In this document: positions 1 to 12,240 of the stretch, in pieces | Layout: each line of letters starts with the position of its first letter | How positions within the stretch are numbered: the stretch's first letter is position 1 | NCBI GenBank assembly: GCA_036172245.1 | Contig: JAYWIR010000025.1 | Location: 1,488,001-1,552,000, forward strand | DNA from: Raillietiella orientalis | Lineage: Eukaryota | Length of the DNA stretch: 64,000 nt | Reading direction: 5' to 3' | Notes under the pieces: generated by a model | Told to the model about the DNA's origin: nothing | Databases searched by the model: none | The model's input: the letters and a program-made list of their open reading frames with translations, nothing else | Program-made: the position numbers and the translations under genes

Positions 1-499
1 AGAAGTGAAAACAACGCCTGCAACGGAAATTCTCATCAACTAGAAGACTCGAATTCCCATGGAGAGGCTTTTTCCTATCAGGAGCTTGGTTTCCACTCAT
101 CCCAGCAATTGCTTGGGTACCTTGAAACCTCCACAGTGGACCTCGTGCGGTCCACTCTTCCGGCCTGTTTCAGCAGAATGGAAAACAAAAATCCTTACGG
201 TATTTACACCCTTAAGTTACCAACAAAATGGCCGTCTTCCTGTTGGGTTCATCGTTGAGAGATGATAAGAACGTATCCAAACGAAGAAAGGAAAAAGGAG
301 TCTGTATGGGATGCCCTGGTAACGTAATCAAAGTTTCATTAAGGAAGGAGGAATGTGATTTCATGGAATCTGCCACTCGGCACCATCTCTATACTTTAAG
401 ATTGCAGATTAGTGATGCTCTTTGTTCCTGACCGCTTAATGAAATAATTTCCTGTCGGGAATGAACGACCATGCGAATAACCGCGCGATCTTTTCGATG

Positions 500-1250
500 C
501 ATAAATCCACGGCGTTGTAATGAAAGAATTCGAAATAAGTTCTTTCGATTCGCTCCTGGTTCGAATTCAAGAAGTGCTGCTACATGAATAGGCGAATGAT
601 TCCAGAAAACAAACTTGTTTGCTTTGGAAAATTCCAGAGCTGGCACCAAAGAGTTATCCAATCAAAACGGGACGTGCTCTCGAGAGTGCCGGTGTTTCGG
701 ACTTTCCCGAGGAAAACGAGTGAACTGCACACTTCTGATAACGAACGCCCCTCCGGTGGGAGATCCCGGAAAGTTCACGATGGCTTAAGCAAACTGAGCG
801 CTAAGGACTGAATGCCCAGAGAAAGCGTTTTCGGCACGACGTGCTCTGAGTAGCTGACGAAGAGTGAGCAACGGTGGACTATGACCGTATCTACGTTTCA
901 CCGGTCAGCCTCACCTAGCAACAACCTGTCGCCATGCCGAGATTGCCGCATGCAGCGTCGTGCACCTTGGCGAAGGAAGAGTTCTCACGCGTTTTCGTGA
1001 ACGAGAATACGAAACTGGAAGAGCTGGGGACGGGATTCGGGAAGGAAATTCAGCGAAAATTCGAGTCCGCGCCCTTCCCCTTTCCCGAAAGAAGCTGCTT
1101 CCCCGTACCGACGACGGTATGCAGGTGAATCTGAAGATTCGAGCCCGCGGTCCACAGGGAGGGGTCGAGCTCGAAACGTCGGCAGGGAGCAATCTCGCAA
1201 TCCAGCCTTTCCTCCGATAGCATTCCGACAGCTACAGATTAAATCCTCCT
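500..1250 (+). mobile_element. Decayed non-LTR retrotransposon (L1/Tx1-like) endonuclease-domain fragment
   Basis: Broken frames give LVCFGKFQS (~GDFN), YDRIYVS (~RLDRIYVS) and PHAAS (~SDH) in the order expected for an APE endonuclease; boundaries approximate. Confidence 0.35.
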
Positions 1251-4200
1251 TTTCCCATCAGCGAGCATTTTCCTGAACGGATGCAGAGAAAAACGATGCA
1301 GATGAGGACGGCACGTAAACAAAATTTATCCTTGCAGTTACGTCTCTTCACATCATTTCGAATGCACGGGCGCACCAAAATAAGGGGGGTCGGGAGAGGG
1401 GGGGGAGAAGGTAAAAAGAAAGAAAGAAAGAAAAAAAAAAAAAAAATCCAGTTTTACACATTTCTGCGCTCGGCTTATCGACAGATTTATTTACTGTGAC
1501 CTCTCTGTGCTTGCCCTTCCAGTGCACACCGAGCGTGCGGAAAAACCAGCCTGCGAGAGAATGGCGTGCTGGAGAGATGGCGGCAAACAACACGTTTCGT
1601 GTGGACACTTTGTCTGGCCGCTACCCAAGAGGGCGCTGTACCGAAAAGGCGCATTGTGATCGAAACGGTATTTAGGAAGGATTCAAAAACCAAAGACTGA
1701 GAAGAATGGGCCGCCCTTGTGGAAATGAAAAGTGAATCTCATGATGAGAAATACATATAGGTCACCTTGAATTAAGCCTTCGGGCGTCGGGAAAAAAGGA
1801 TTCACCGGTTTCGTTTGTCATTCGCGCTGTTGCTAACAACAAGGGCTGTTTGGAGAGGAATTCTCGGAGGAGCAGCGCGGGCTCGCAAGTCTGGATAACG
1901 GGAACGGAAAATAAATAAACACAAGGAACGCCGCTCCCGACACTGCCGGGCATGCGCAAGGAACGCAAAAGGAAACTTTGTTCCACCCAGGCTTTATTTT
2001 CGTTTTCCGTTTTCCCACTGCAGCAGAAGAAAAGCATTCTGGAATTCCTGTCGAATGACGTTTTCGTGTTTCACTCTTTGAATGCCCCCACCTTCTGGGA
2101 AACCCGGGTGGGATCCGATGTAACACGTCATGCGTTAAATAGGGGCGTGTTCGGCAGAGGAGAGCCTTCGCAAGGTGCGACAAACAACTTTGGCGTGCTT
2201 GAAGAGCGCGGTTTGCTGGAATGCGGGTCGGGATCGGACAAATCACGAAAAGAAACGCAGAAGGAAACCAGCAGCGTTTCACAAGCGGGGTTTCACAGCA
2301 GCGTTTCCAGGAAACTCGAATCCCGAACTGGATTCACGGGAACCGGCTTTCTCTGTACCGAAAAAATCTCGGTTTGGGGTGTGAACTCGCACCCTGGGTG
2401 GAAAGATGCGGAAAGCAACGACTATTGCATGGTCGCAAGCGGAGGCTGATGCGTTGCACACAAAGAATGGTTGGCGATCCTGTTCGAGTAGAAGAGGGAA
2501 ATCTCGGCGATCCCAGGAAACATCCACGACTGAGGATTCGCCATCGCGCAACGGCTGCTGAGATCTGGTGTTTCCGAGAACGGGTCGTGCAGGAGGATCG
2601 TGGAGGAAAGTCTTCAGCTCCACACCGAGACGGTGATGACCCGACGGAAAGGTGCGCTTTCGAGAGGCTTCCACTTTCTTGATTTCTTATTGCCTTCCAT
2701 CTGCGCAAGTTGTCGCGTTCGTATGCGGGCTCCATCATGAAAGACCAGCAGAATGCACTTTCCTCCACAGTTGCAGGAAGGTGCAGGCGACTCCTTGCAT
2801 GTCTCGTGTACGCCCATGCGTTTGGATGTTCACAGCAGATCAGCAATCTGTGCATTTGTTCCACGAAATCAAAGCGTGCGGCCCTGCATTCGTTATATCC
2901 GAGCCTCTTGAAAAATTTGCCACGCGATTCCATGTAATGTATCGTGAAAAATCTTCCAAGGAGCTCTTCAGATGCGCTGACGACGACGGCGAATCACGCA
3001 TGTGATTGTGCGAAGGGTTTGCCGGTGCTGCGATTTCCGAGATTTTCTAGAAATTCCGATTCCGAAATCTTTTCTTTCGAAGTCAACGTATCTGCCTATC
3101 CTTCCGAATAGCTTTAGGAGTTTGGCCTTCGGTTGTCTTTTTATTTTTATTTTATTTTAGTTTTTTTAAAAAGAGGCAAAAAATAGAAAAACTGCTACAG
3201 TAAGGAACCTCACGCTAAACCATCAACGTTGAAAACGGCATCCATGATTTCCATGGACACACAGAGAGGATGCCGTTTCGGTGAGGCAAACGAAATCCCA
3301 GCCAGAAACAGTAAGGCGCCGGCCTTATTATTCCCGAAACGAAACTCCCAAGGCAATGAATTCGTTATTTGCGACACCTCGTCCTAAGACTGAAGGGAGC
3401 TAGCCGCAAAAGAAGGAAAAAAAATTTCCATAAAAGTTCGAAATTTGATGGCAAAGGAGCGTGCTAGGCTTGAACGTCCCTGAGGACAGTTGCGGATATC
3501 ACGAGATCACACCAGGTCCAGTCTGGAGTGATTTCCGACGTGAAATTTGACCCTATTCATCGGGAAAGAGTTTGCTCGAAAGGACCTCCCGTCCACCTCA
3601 GCTGGTCTGGGAAACCCGCGTGACCTTGTGTTCGCTTCATCTTTGCATCCGTTTCCAAAGCGACGTGTCCTCGGTCATCCCACGTTGAGTTGAAAACAAC
3701 CCGATCTTCAAAAGGGAAAAGGAAATCCTCGTAGCAATCAGTGCATTTCTGTGAGGATTTTTGAATGCGTATCGAGTTGAATCCCAGTCGAATTCTTCGT
3801 TGACGACTTGCATTTTATGCAGTTGAAAAATAGTCAAGGACGAGCGCTCTCAAGGGTTTGGATCTTCCGAACAAGACATCTGCAAGAGCTTGCTATCCCG
3901 AGCTCCAGTGCCAAGGGCCCAGTCACAATTTGAATCCGTCAATAGAACAAGAATGGCGGTCCATTCGACAAGACGGATTTCTGATTCAGCCTTAATCCGA
4001 GGTGGATCCTTCTTTCCGAATGCGCGATGTACAACTGTGGAATGCGTCACGACTCATTCGGAAACATCGAGAGTGCCGCCAACACAAAGCGCAGGAATGA
4101 TGTTTCGCTGGTGACACGAGGAAGCCGAACTGCTGATCAGTGAACACCCAAATCTTCCTATGGAAATGAGTTGTCTTTCCAGGATCGTTTCCAGTGAGAC

Positions 4201-5993
4201 TAAAAATTTGTCTGAGGAAAAAAAAAAAATAAAGCAGTTACTTTTCACAGGTCCTCTCCTCATTTCCATTCAGCCACTTGGCACTTTCAGCGGCGACCTT
4301 TCGTCCACCAATACTTTGGTTGGTTTCATAATTTCAGATCCGCTCTTTGATGCAGAATCGCCTTTGCATGGAAGTGAAACTTCAGGCGGTGGAAACGCTC
4401 CCTCATCGCCTCCAGCCTATCCGCATCTTGGGATGCAAGGAACGCTCTGCCGTTGTCTGTTCAGAAGATCACTGGAGAGCCAATTTATTTGGAAATCGCG
4501 CTTCTCCACGTGCACCCGAGATAATCGCCAACGACACAAAACTGTAAGGACTGATGCGACGAGCCGCATCTTCTTCCTCCCAGCTGCTGCTGTCTTAACA
4601 CGGTCGCCGCGCCGAATGCTTGGAAACCGACGAGCAATGATTGCTTCTAAACGGATATCTAAAACACATTCCGGGTGATTGGCAGACACGTCTGCCGGGA
4701 GAAAATTTCCAGCGTTCCAGTCGCCTCTTTCAGTCCGTGGCAGAGCATTTCCACCCCCGTCTTTATGGAAGGAATATCGGGAAAGAAAGTAAACTTTGTT
4801 TTGAAAATAGGAAGGAATAAGGTCAAGGTAGTCTTCAAGTGTATTGTTTACATTCGAGTGTTTTGTTCGCTTGATGAAGCATCCAGTTATCCCATCGACA
4901 GCTGTTTGCCAGGATTCCCGCTTCTCGCTCCCTACAGTTGCTAGCCATGAAAATAACTCGCGGTTTCCGACCTGTAGTAATTATTCGCCTCCTATCATCT
5001 GACGATCGAATCGCAGCCAGGCATCGGCACTGCAGTTGTTCGCGTACTTATTTTATTTATTTTATTCGTTTATTTCGCTTTCGCCGCTTTGTCGCCCGAC
5101 TTAGAATAATGGGATCGGAAAGGAAGATTGCGGCGATGCAACGGATGACGGATGTTTTGTTTTCTTCCATGAGCGCTGCTATGGGGTAGGGTTAATCGAC
5201 ATGCCTGTGGTCACCTATGCTGTTTTCGCCGAGCAGCTCAAGAAACCAAGCAACGGCGCTCTTGTTTTCTCGTTTCCAGCTCTGATGAGCTTCTTTCTTC
5301 CTCTACGCTCCTGGAACGAAGACGCCAGCGCGGCTAGTACTTCCAGAAACATTCCAGCCTGAAGCAGGTGCTTTCGCGGGAGCCGTCCCAGAAGAGCGCC
5401 TCCGTCCTCATCCTCAAAATTTTCTCCTGCTCGCCGCAGCATCTTCTGTTGCTGCAGCTCGCACGATTCTGGGAAAAACGAATGGGAAAGGGAGATTGCG
5501 ATGCGCGCGCGCAATTTCGCGTTTTTTTGTTCAATGCTACCGGCCAAAGGCTCCGCTTTGATTCGCATCCCTTCGCGCTCCCGTGCTGGACCAAGGCCGT
5601 TGGACCGATGGGCAGCTTTGGTAGAAATCGAGGCCGAAATCCTGCAAAGTTGGCGTGCAGGATGCCCGAAAGTTTTCCTCAAGGGTGCGCAGGAGGGCGA
5701 GATGAGCAGCGCGGAAAACAACACGCGCCGCGTTGGTGTTTGCATAACGCGCGGCCAAGCGCGCAGATTTCGATTTTCCCATCCGAGGCAATGAAACAAC
5801 CTTCGGGAAAATGCGAGCCAGCGGAGGAATAGGCCGTAAAGACAGGTTTAAAATATGGAAGGGTGTTGTTACTCACCCCTACTCATGCCTAAAGGGTTTT
5901 GGGGGAGAAAGTACAAAGCTGGGCAGCATATTGTAAACCCAACGACATAATCCCCACCAATCAGGATTCAGGGGAATCCCACCCCATCCCAGC

Positions 5994-6000
5994 TATAAAA
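5994..6000 (+). promoter_or_regulatory. TATA box of the repeat structural-protein gene
   Basis: TATAAAA ~75 bp upstream of the ATG at 6073. Confidence 0.55.
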
Positions 6001-6072
6001 CAAAAGTTTGCCTCTAAACGATCCTGACTCTTAGATAAAGGTTCTGTGAGTGGAGTGCGGCTCTTCAGCGAG

Positions 6073-9000
6073 ATGAAGCCATTCCAGGTAAAAAAAAAAC
6101 AAAAAACAAAACAAAAAAACAAAAAACAAATGTGTCCTTGCATTCAATCATTCTTCATTTCGTGTCGCGAACGATTAACGAGAGAACCCTTTGTTAAGCG
6201 AATTCAAGATATCCATAAAAATCTATTTTATTGAAATGAAATATCTTAGAGATAGTAACCCGTGTTAATTTTCCAAGTTGGTAGCTATCATATTAGCTAC
6301 ATGCTTTATAAATGGAAGTAGATCCAATAGCGCCGGCTCGACAAGCAAGCTGCACAGGAGACCATCTATCCATGATGTCCACAGAGCCACTGGCGCAAAG
6401 ATCGGCTTGGGACTTAAGCGTTCCCATGGTAAGCAAGCAGCAGCGGCGCAATGATTGTCACTGAGTGCTTGTAGCTAAGAGGGACATCGAGTCGGCACCG
6501 GAACAAAACTATCTCGCTCCGGCCGCTGCACCATCCCAAGCATACGTAGCACCTGTCAGAAGAGTTGTAGCAGCGGCTCCGGCTCAGGCATACTCGGCGC
6601 CAATAGTACCTGTTCGAAGAGTTGCTGCAGCTTCCGCTCCGGCACGAGCGTACGCAGCACCGACATCCTCCTACATTGCTCCAGCAGCAGCAGCACCGGC
6701 CTTCTCCTACTCTGCTCCAGCGGCAGCACCAGCAGCCTCCTACGCTGCTCCCGCCGACACATATGCTGCTCCCGCAGAAACTTACGAAGCACCAGCAGCC
6801 GCTCCTCCGGAGACCTACGAAGCTCCAGCAGAAACCTACGAGGCACCCGCAGCCGCTCCTCCGGAGACCTACGAAGCGCCAGTAGAAACCTACGAGGCAC
6901 CCGCAGCCGCTCCTCCGGAGACCTACGAAGCGCCAGTAGAAACCTACGAGGCACCCGCAGCCGCTCCCCCGGAGACCTACGAAGCGCCAGTAGAAACCTA
7001 CGAGGCACCCGCAGCCGCTCCTCCGGAGACCTACGAGGCACCGGCAGCTGCTCCTCCAGAGACCTATGCAGCTCCTCCCGAAACCTATGCTGCTCCCGCA
7101 GAGACCTATGCTGCACCCCCTGAAACCTACGAGGCACCCGCAGCCGCTCCTCCGGAGACCTACGAAGCGCCAGCAGAAACCTACGAAGCACCCGCAGCCG
7201 CTCCTCCGGAGACCTATGAAGCTCCAGTAGAAACCTACGAGGCACCCGCAGCCGCTCCTCCGGAGACCTACGAAGCGCCAGTAGAAACCTACGAGGCACC
7301 GGCAGCCGCTCCCCCGGAGACCTACGAAGCGCCAGTAGAAACCTACGAGGCACCTGCAGCCGCTCCTCCGGAGACCTACGAAGCGCCAGTAGAAACCTAC
7401 GAGGCACCGGCAGCTGCTCCTCCAGAGACCTATGCTGCTCCTCCTGAAACCTATGCTGCTCCTCCTGAAACCTATGCTGCTCCCGCAGAGACCTATGCTG
7501 CACCTGCAGAGACCTATGCTGCTCCAGCAGAGACCTATGCTGCTCCCGCAGAGACTTATGCTGCTCCCGCAGAGACCTATGCTGCTCCCGCAGAGACCTA
7601 TGCTGCACCCGCAGAGACCTATGCTGCACCCGCAGAGACCTATGCTGCACCCGCAGAGACCTATGCTGCTCCCGCAGAGACCTATGCTGCTCCCGCAGAG
7701 ACCTATGCTGCTCCCGCAGAGACCTATGCTGCACCTGCAGAGACCTACGGTGCACCAGCTGCCGCAGCAGCGCCAGCACAAGCCTATGCGGCTCCGGCAG
7801 CAGCGGCACCAGCACAAGCCTATGCGGCTCCGGCAGCGGCACCAGCACAAGCCTACGCGGCTCCAGCAGCGGCACCTGCAAGAGCCTATGCGGCTCCGGC
7901 AGCAGCGGCACCAGCACAGGCCTACGCGGCTCCGGCAGCAGCGGCACCAGCACAGGCCTACGCGGCTCCAGCAGCAGCAGCTCCAGCACAAGCCTACGCG
8001 GCTCCAGCAGCGGCACCTGCAAGAGCCTATGCGGCTCCAGTAGCAGCAGCACCTGCACAAGCCTACGCAGCTCCAGCAGCGGCACCTGCACAAGCCTACG
8101 CAGCTCCAGCAGCGGCACCTGCACAAGCCTACGCAGCTCCAGCAGCAGCAGCGCCAGCGCGAGCCTACGCGGCTCCAGCAGCAGCAGCTCCAGCACAAGC
8201 TTACGTGGCTCCAGCAGCGGCTCCAGCAGAAGCATACGTGGCTCCAGCAGCGGCGCCTGCGCAAGCCAACGTGGCTCCAGCTTTCTCTGCTCCTGCCGAA
8301 GAAGTAGCTCGGGACAACACCATCCGGATAGTGGCTCCCGCTGAAGCTTCCTATTCCAGAGCACAGTCTTTCAATGTTCGCGCTTCGGTAACCCAGGAAG
8401 ACATCGCTGCTGCGGCAGCAGCGGTTCCGCTGTCAGAGTATGTGGCTCCTGCCGCAGCTCCAGCAGCAGCTCCAGCACAAGTCTATGCGGCTCCGGCAGC
8501 AGCGGCACCAGCACAGGCCTACGCGGCTCCGGCAGCAGCGGCACCAGCACAGGCCTACGCGGCTCCAGCAGCAGCAGCTCCAGCACAAGCCTACGCGGCT
8601 CCAGCAGCAGCGGCACCAGCACGGGCCTACGCGGCTCCGGCAGCAGCGGCTCCAGCACAGGCCTACGCGGCTCCAGCAGCAGCGGCACCAGCACGGGCCT
8701 ATGCGGCTCCGGCAGCAGCAGCTCCAGCACGGGCCTACGCGGCTCCGGCAGCAGCAGCTCCAGCACGGGCCTACGCGGCTCCGGCAGCAGCGGCTCCAGC
8801 ACAAGCCTATGCGGCTCCGGCAGCAGCGGCACCAGCACAGGCCTACGCGGCTCCGGCAGCAGCAGCTCCTGCACAAGCCTATGCGGCTCCGGCAGCAGCG
8901 GCACCTGCCAGAGCTTACGCGGCTCCAGCAGCAGCTCCAGCACAGGCCTATGAGGCACCTGTCCAATCAGGTAAGACTGCCACTCTGTCACTCTCTTGAA

Positions 9001-9602
9001 GTCATCAACCCGCAGGTGGTGCGAGCTTCGTGGAAAGCGCCCCTAGCCAGGTCTATAAGCGGGAGTTGGATCTGAAGAAGGAAGAGATCTCTTCGGTGAG
9101 TTGACTGCGAGCGACTTGCTGGTTCCTTGATGGGGAAGGGGGGGGGGGGGAATGCCACTTCTGTGAGTCCTTTGGCCGCTCAAGCGACGCGCTTCTGCGG
9201 CTGCAGCGTCCAGCGGACGGATGTGTCTCGTGGCAGCTTCAGTGAATGCCGTGGGATAAATCCTTGCTTTTCATCCGGCGGGGTTCTTGGTACACCGACA
9301 ACGATGTTAAACCAAGCCGATGACTGTTGCCGACCAGTGAACTAAGCTCTTTCTTCTCTTGATGTCCGGTTTCCTCTGGCTCCTCCAACGGATTGCTCGC
9401 ATCCGCGACCTCGCTGGTCTCCTGGGCTGATCACGAGTGAAAGATCAGAAAGATTCTCTCCCGATTTCAATCTCTTCTCTAGGCGGCAAAGGAAGAGGAG
9501 GAGGCGCCTGCAGCTGCGTCCGACGACGCAGAGGACGCAGAGAGCAAGAGCGAGCAGGAGAAGAGAGAGAAGCACACCCATGACTCACAGGAAAATGAAT
9601 GA
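6073..9602 (+). CDS. Secreted Ala/Pro/Tyr-rich repetitive structural protein (cuticle or eggshell/vitelline-membrane-like), ~953 aa, 5 coding exons
   Basis: Phase-consistent GT-AG model: 6073-6087 (MKPFQ), 6278-6428 (LVAIILATCFINGSRS..., signal peptide), 6475-8970 (AAPA/ETY/AQAY repeats), 9016-9095 (GGASFVESAPSQVYKRELDLKKEEISS), 9483-9602 (AAKEEEEAP...QENE*). A very short first coding exon and AAP(A/V) motifs are typical of arthropod cuticular proteins; no R&R chitin-binding consensus seen. Confidence 0.85.
6760..8955 (+). repeat. Coding tandem-repeat array inside exon 3
   Basis: ~54-nt unit (APAAAPPETYEAPVETYE) at ~6780-7420, 21-nt unit (AAPAETY) at ~7420-7750, and 30/33-nt units (APAAA(A)PAQ/RAY) at ~7750-8270 and ~8445-8955 separated by a unique spacer. 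Confidence 0.95.
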
Positions 9603-10399
9603 TAGAAAGCAGAGGACTGAAGGGGCTGACCCTTCCTTTGGGTTCCTGACCCCTGGCTTTCCTCAATGGTAGTAATTTCATAAATACATATTGAGTCCTT
9701 TCAAATGATTGCTGTTTATTGAGCTGCGGGTTACTACTGCGCTTGCCAGCACGATCACATGCGCTCTTGAGCCCAAACTGGCGCTGTTCCCTGAACTGAT
9801 CTTAAATTTTCAAAACAGATGGAAGCGCATCCACTCTGGCAACCGCAGTTTGCTAGGCGAATTCTTGAGCAGTAGATGGTGCATTTCTAAAGCAGTTGAT
9901 GATGACCGCGAATTGCATTTCCAATCATTTCTCTGCATGACTGATTGCTAACATTTTTCATTTCTCCGCCTGGCGACGAACGTTTTCAATTGTGCAGAAC
10001 ACGGCATCGCTGAACTCGGACCTGTTCGTTCTCGGCTAACCCCCCGGGTGTCTACCAAGGCGGGATCTTGAAGACGAGCCCACCAAAGTTCAGGGCCCAT
10101 TCGACAAGGAGGTACCCGGAGCTGGAACGAGTGATGGAAGAGGGACATCCTCTAAGGGTGGAACTTCCATGGCACGCTTTTGCAGAGGAAGTGCAAAAGT
10201 CGATCTAAAGAGCCACAGAAAGCCTCGTGCACAAGAACATCAGACCCGCGTGGGCGACCTCGCGGCGGCGGTGTTCGCGCGTGGTACTAAGCGCTGCTGG
10301 TTCGGATCCCACACACCCGAAGAAGGACGGACGCGGAGAAATGGGTGCGTCGTGCGTTTCGAGTTCCCACGAAGGATGGAGTTAATTGGCCTACAGGCC

Positions 10400-12240
10400 T
10401 CAAGCGCGGTGCTGGTTGACACCCGGTCACGAGGCGTTTATTTCTAAATCTACATGTTTGATCCTGCCACGTTACTTATGGATACGAGGAGGAACCTGCC
10501 GGGATCTGGCACGCACGTCAGCAGGGTTCGCCTCGGCCGCACAGGGGAAGGAGACACAAACAAAAAGAAAAAAAAATAAAACAGAAAACATGCAGTCAAA
10601 AAAAATGGGGAGAGGGTTTGGGAAGGGATCACTGTGTGCTGGTGGGTGTCCTCTGCATCTTTGTAAGGATGCCGACAAGTTCTTGTTTCAAGACTCCCAA
10701 ATGGGACCATCTTGATGATCTCTTCATGAAGAGGGCAACAAAATGGATGGCGTCCCCTCGTCCTGGTCTCCTCTGGCATTGCTCCATGCAGCCACGGTCC
10801 TGCCGCGTGGGCAGCAGAGTGCTGCTGGGGATGCGGCCGGAGTGAGGGCGTCGCGCAGGGAGGCGCTTCAAAACTCTCTGGGGTTGCCCTCAGGGATCCT
10901 CAGGCTCGTGGAAAAGCATCCCCAAAGGGGCTGGAGGGCAGCACAGTCCACTAGGAGGTGCGGGAGGGATTCCCGCTCCCCACACCTTGCACAATTTGAA
11001 TCCACACACCCGTGTCCAATGATGCCGGCGGGCGTTGCACGGGAGGCCCCAGTGCATCATCATCAACGCCAACTCCTATCACTTTAAGAAGAGGGTGTTC
11101 AGAACTCCGAGGGCCACTGCAGGTTTTCCTCCGGAATACCCAGTAGCACGCCCCAGCACAAAAGTTCACGAGGACGAGCATTCGGGGTCGCAGCGTCGAT
11201 GTGCTGGCCCGTTTTTCACTCTCCCAGTCCTTTCCTCCTTTCGGAGGTTTCCACAGTAACCTCTCATCTAGCCGTAAGGCTGTTGCCCATGTGTTCCTTA
11301 ACGTAGGGCAGCACGGCGGCGAGGGAGGTTCTGCTTGCCCATCCACTCTTCGCGGGATCTTCCAGGATTTCCCGGAGCATGCTGTCGTTACGCGCGTACA
11401 GGAAACGTCGCCCCTGTTCCACGCTTGGCTCCTGGATCCTCGCTCACCTGCGAACGGTTTCCTCCACTCGCGGGTTTGTACGAGATGCTTCCGTTCTTCC
11501 TAGTCTGCGTGGCCGCGAGTCCCACTCTGCCGTTGGCTTGCTGAGCGAGGAGGCATGCAGCTTGGCACCAGATGGTGCTCCACAACTTTGCCATGAGGCA
11601 GGTGTCCGAAACTGGAGCTCCAGCTCCAGGAGGCTCAGCGTCAGGAGGCCTAGGTCGCAGTCCGAGCGGAGCACACAAGTCCTTTAGGAGGACTCGGGGC
11701 CTCTGTTTGCCCCAGAGGGCGATCCGGAGAAGGTCCTTCGTCCGATTCCCGATGCTGCATGGCGGAGGGCAAACAAAATCAGGGGACGGAGGAGGTGGGC
11801 CACGAAGGCGTTCCATGCTGTGGCCCGTTACGGCAGGTAAAACCCGTCTCTTTGGAACGGGCCGAGCTCCTGGAGTGCTTTCTGAAGACGGCCAGACCAG
11901 GTTTCCGCGGAGCTGAAGTCCTCCAGCGGAACGCCCAGGTTTTTTAAGTACCGTCCCGCGGGGATCCTCAAGCGGATCCAGTCCAGCCGCCCTGCCCACG
12001 CTGCACCAAAGGGAACCACGGACGACTTCGCACTGTTCACCAGTGATCCGTCCCGCGGCTGTGCAACTCGAAGAAACCGTCGAGTGTGCATGCCGGGATG
12101 GACATGGAAAGCAACAGCAGAAGATCGTCCGCGTATGCTCAGACGGCAGGCGTGCTGGGACATACGCGCCGGTGGAGGGCCAGAGTCTTCCTGTATGCTC
12201 TCAGTACCAATTCGGAATAGGTGCTTAAGAGCAGGCGCTG
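10400..12240 (-). mobile_element. L1/Tx1-like LINE, 3' part (RT C-half, zf-RVT, 3' UTR), degenerate
   Basis: AYADDLLLL (YADD at 12124-12135), GSLVNSAKS, YLKNLGVP, the CARCGERESLPHLLVDCAALQPLW zinc finger near 10930-11000, and a 3' end AATAAACGCC...ACCGGGT shared with the copies at 39.0 and 48.2 kb. Confidence 0.8.

Noticed and set aside
6307..6312. TATAAA as a promoter
   Set aside because: Lies inside coding exon 2 (F-I-N codons)
6414..8364. 616-aa Cys-rich and 602-aa Leu/Arg-rich minus-strand ORFs, plus the +1-frame Gln-rich ORFs
   Set aside because: Shadow frames of the GCN/CCN codon repeat; only the + frame has a signal peptide, splice sites and synonymous third-position variation
6760..8955. 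CRISPR-like array
   Set aside because: Contiguous coding repeats with no unique spacers, no cas genes, and a eukaryotic context
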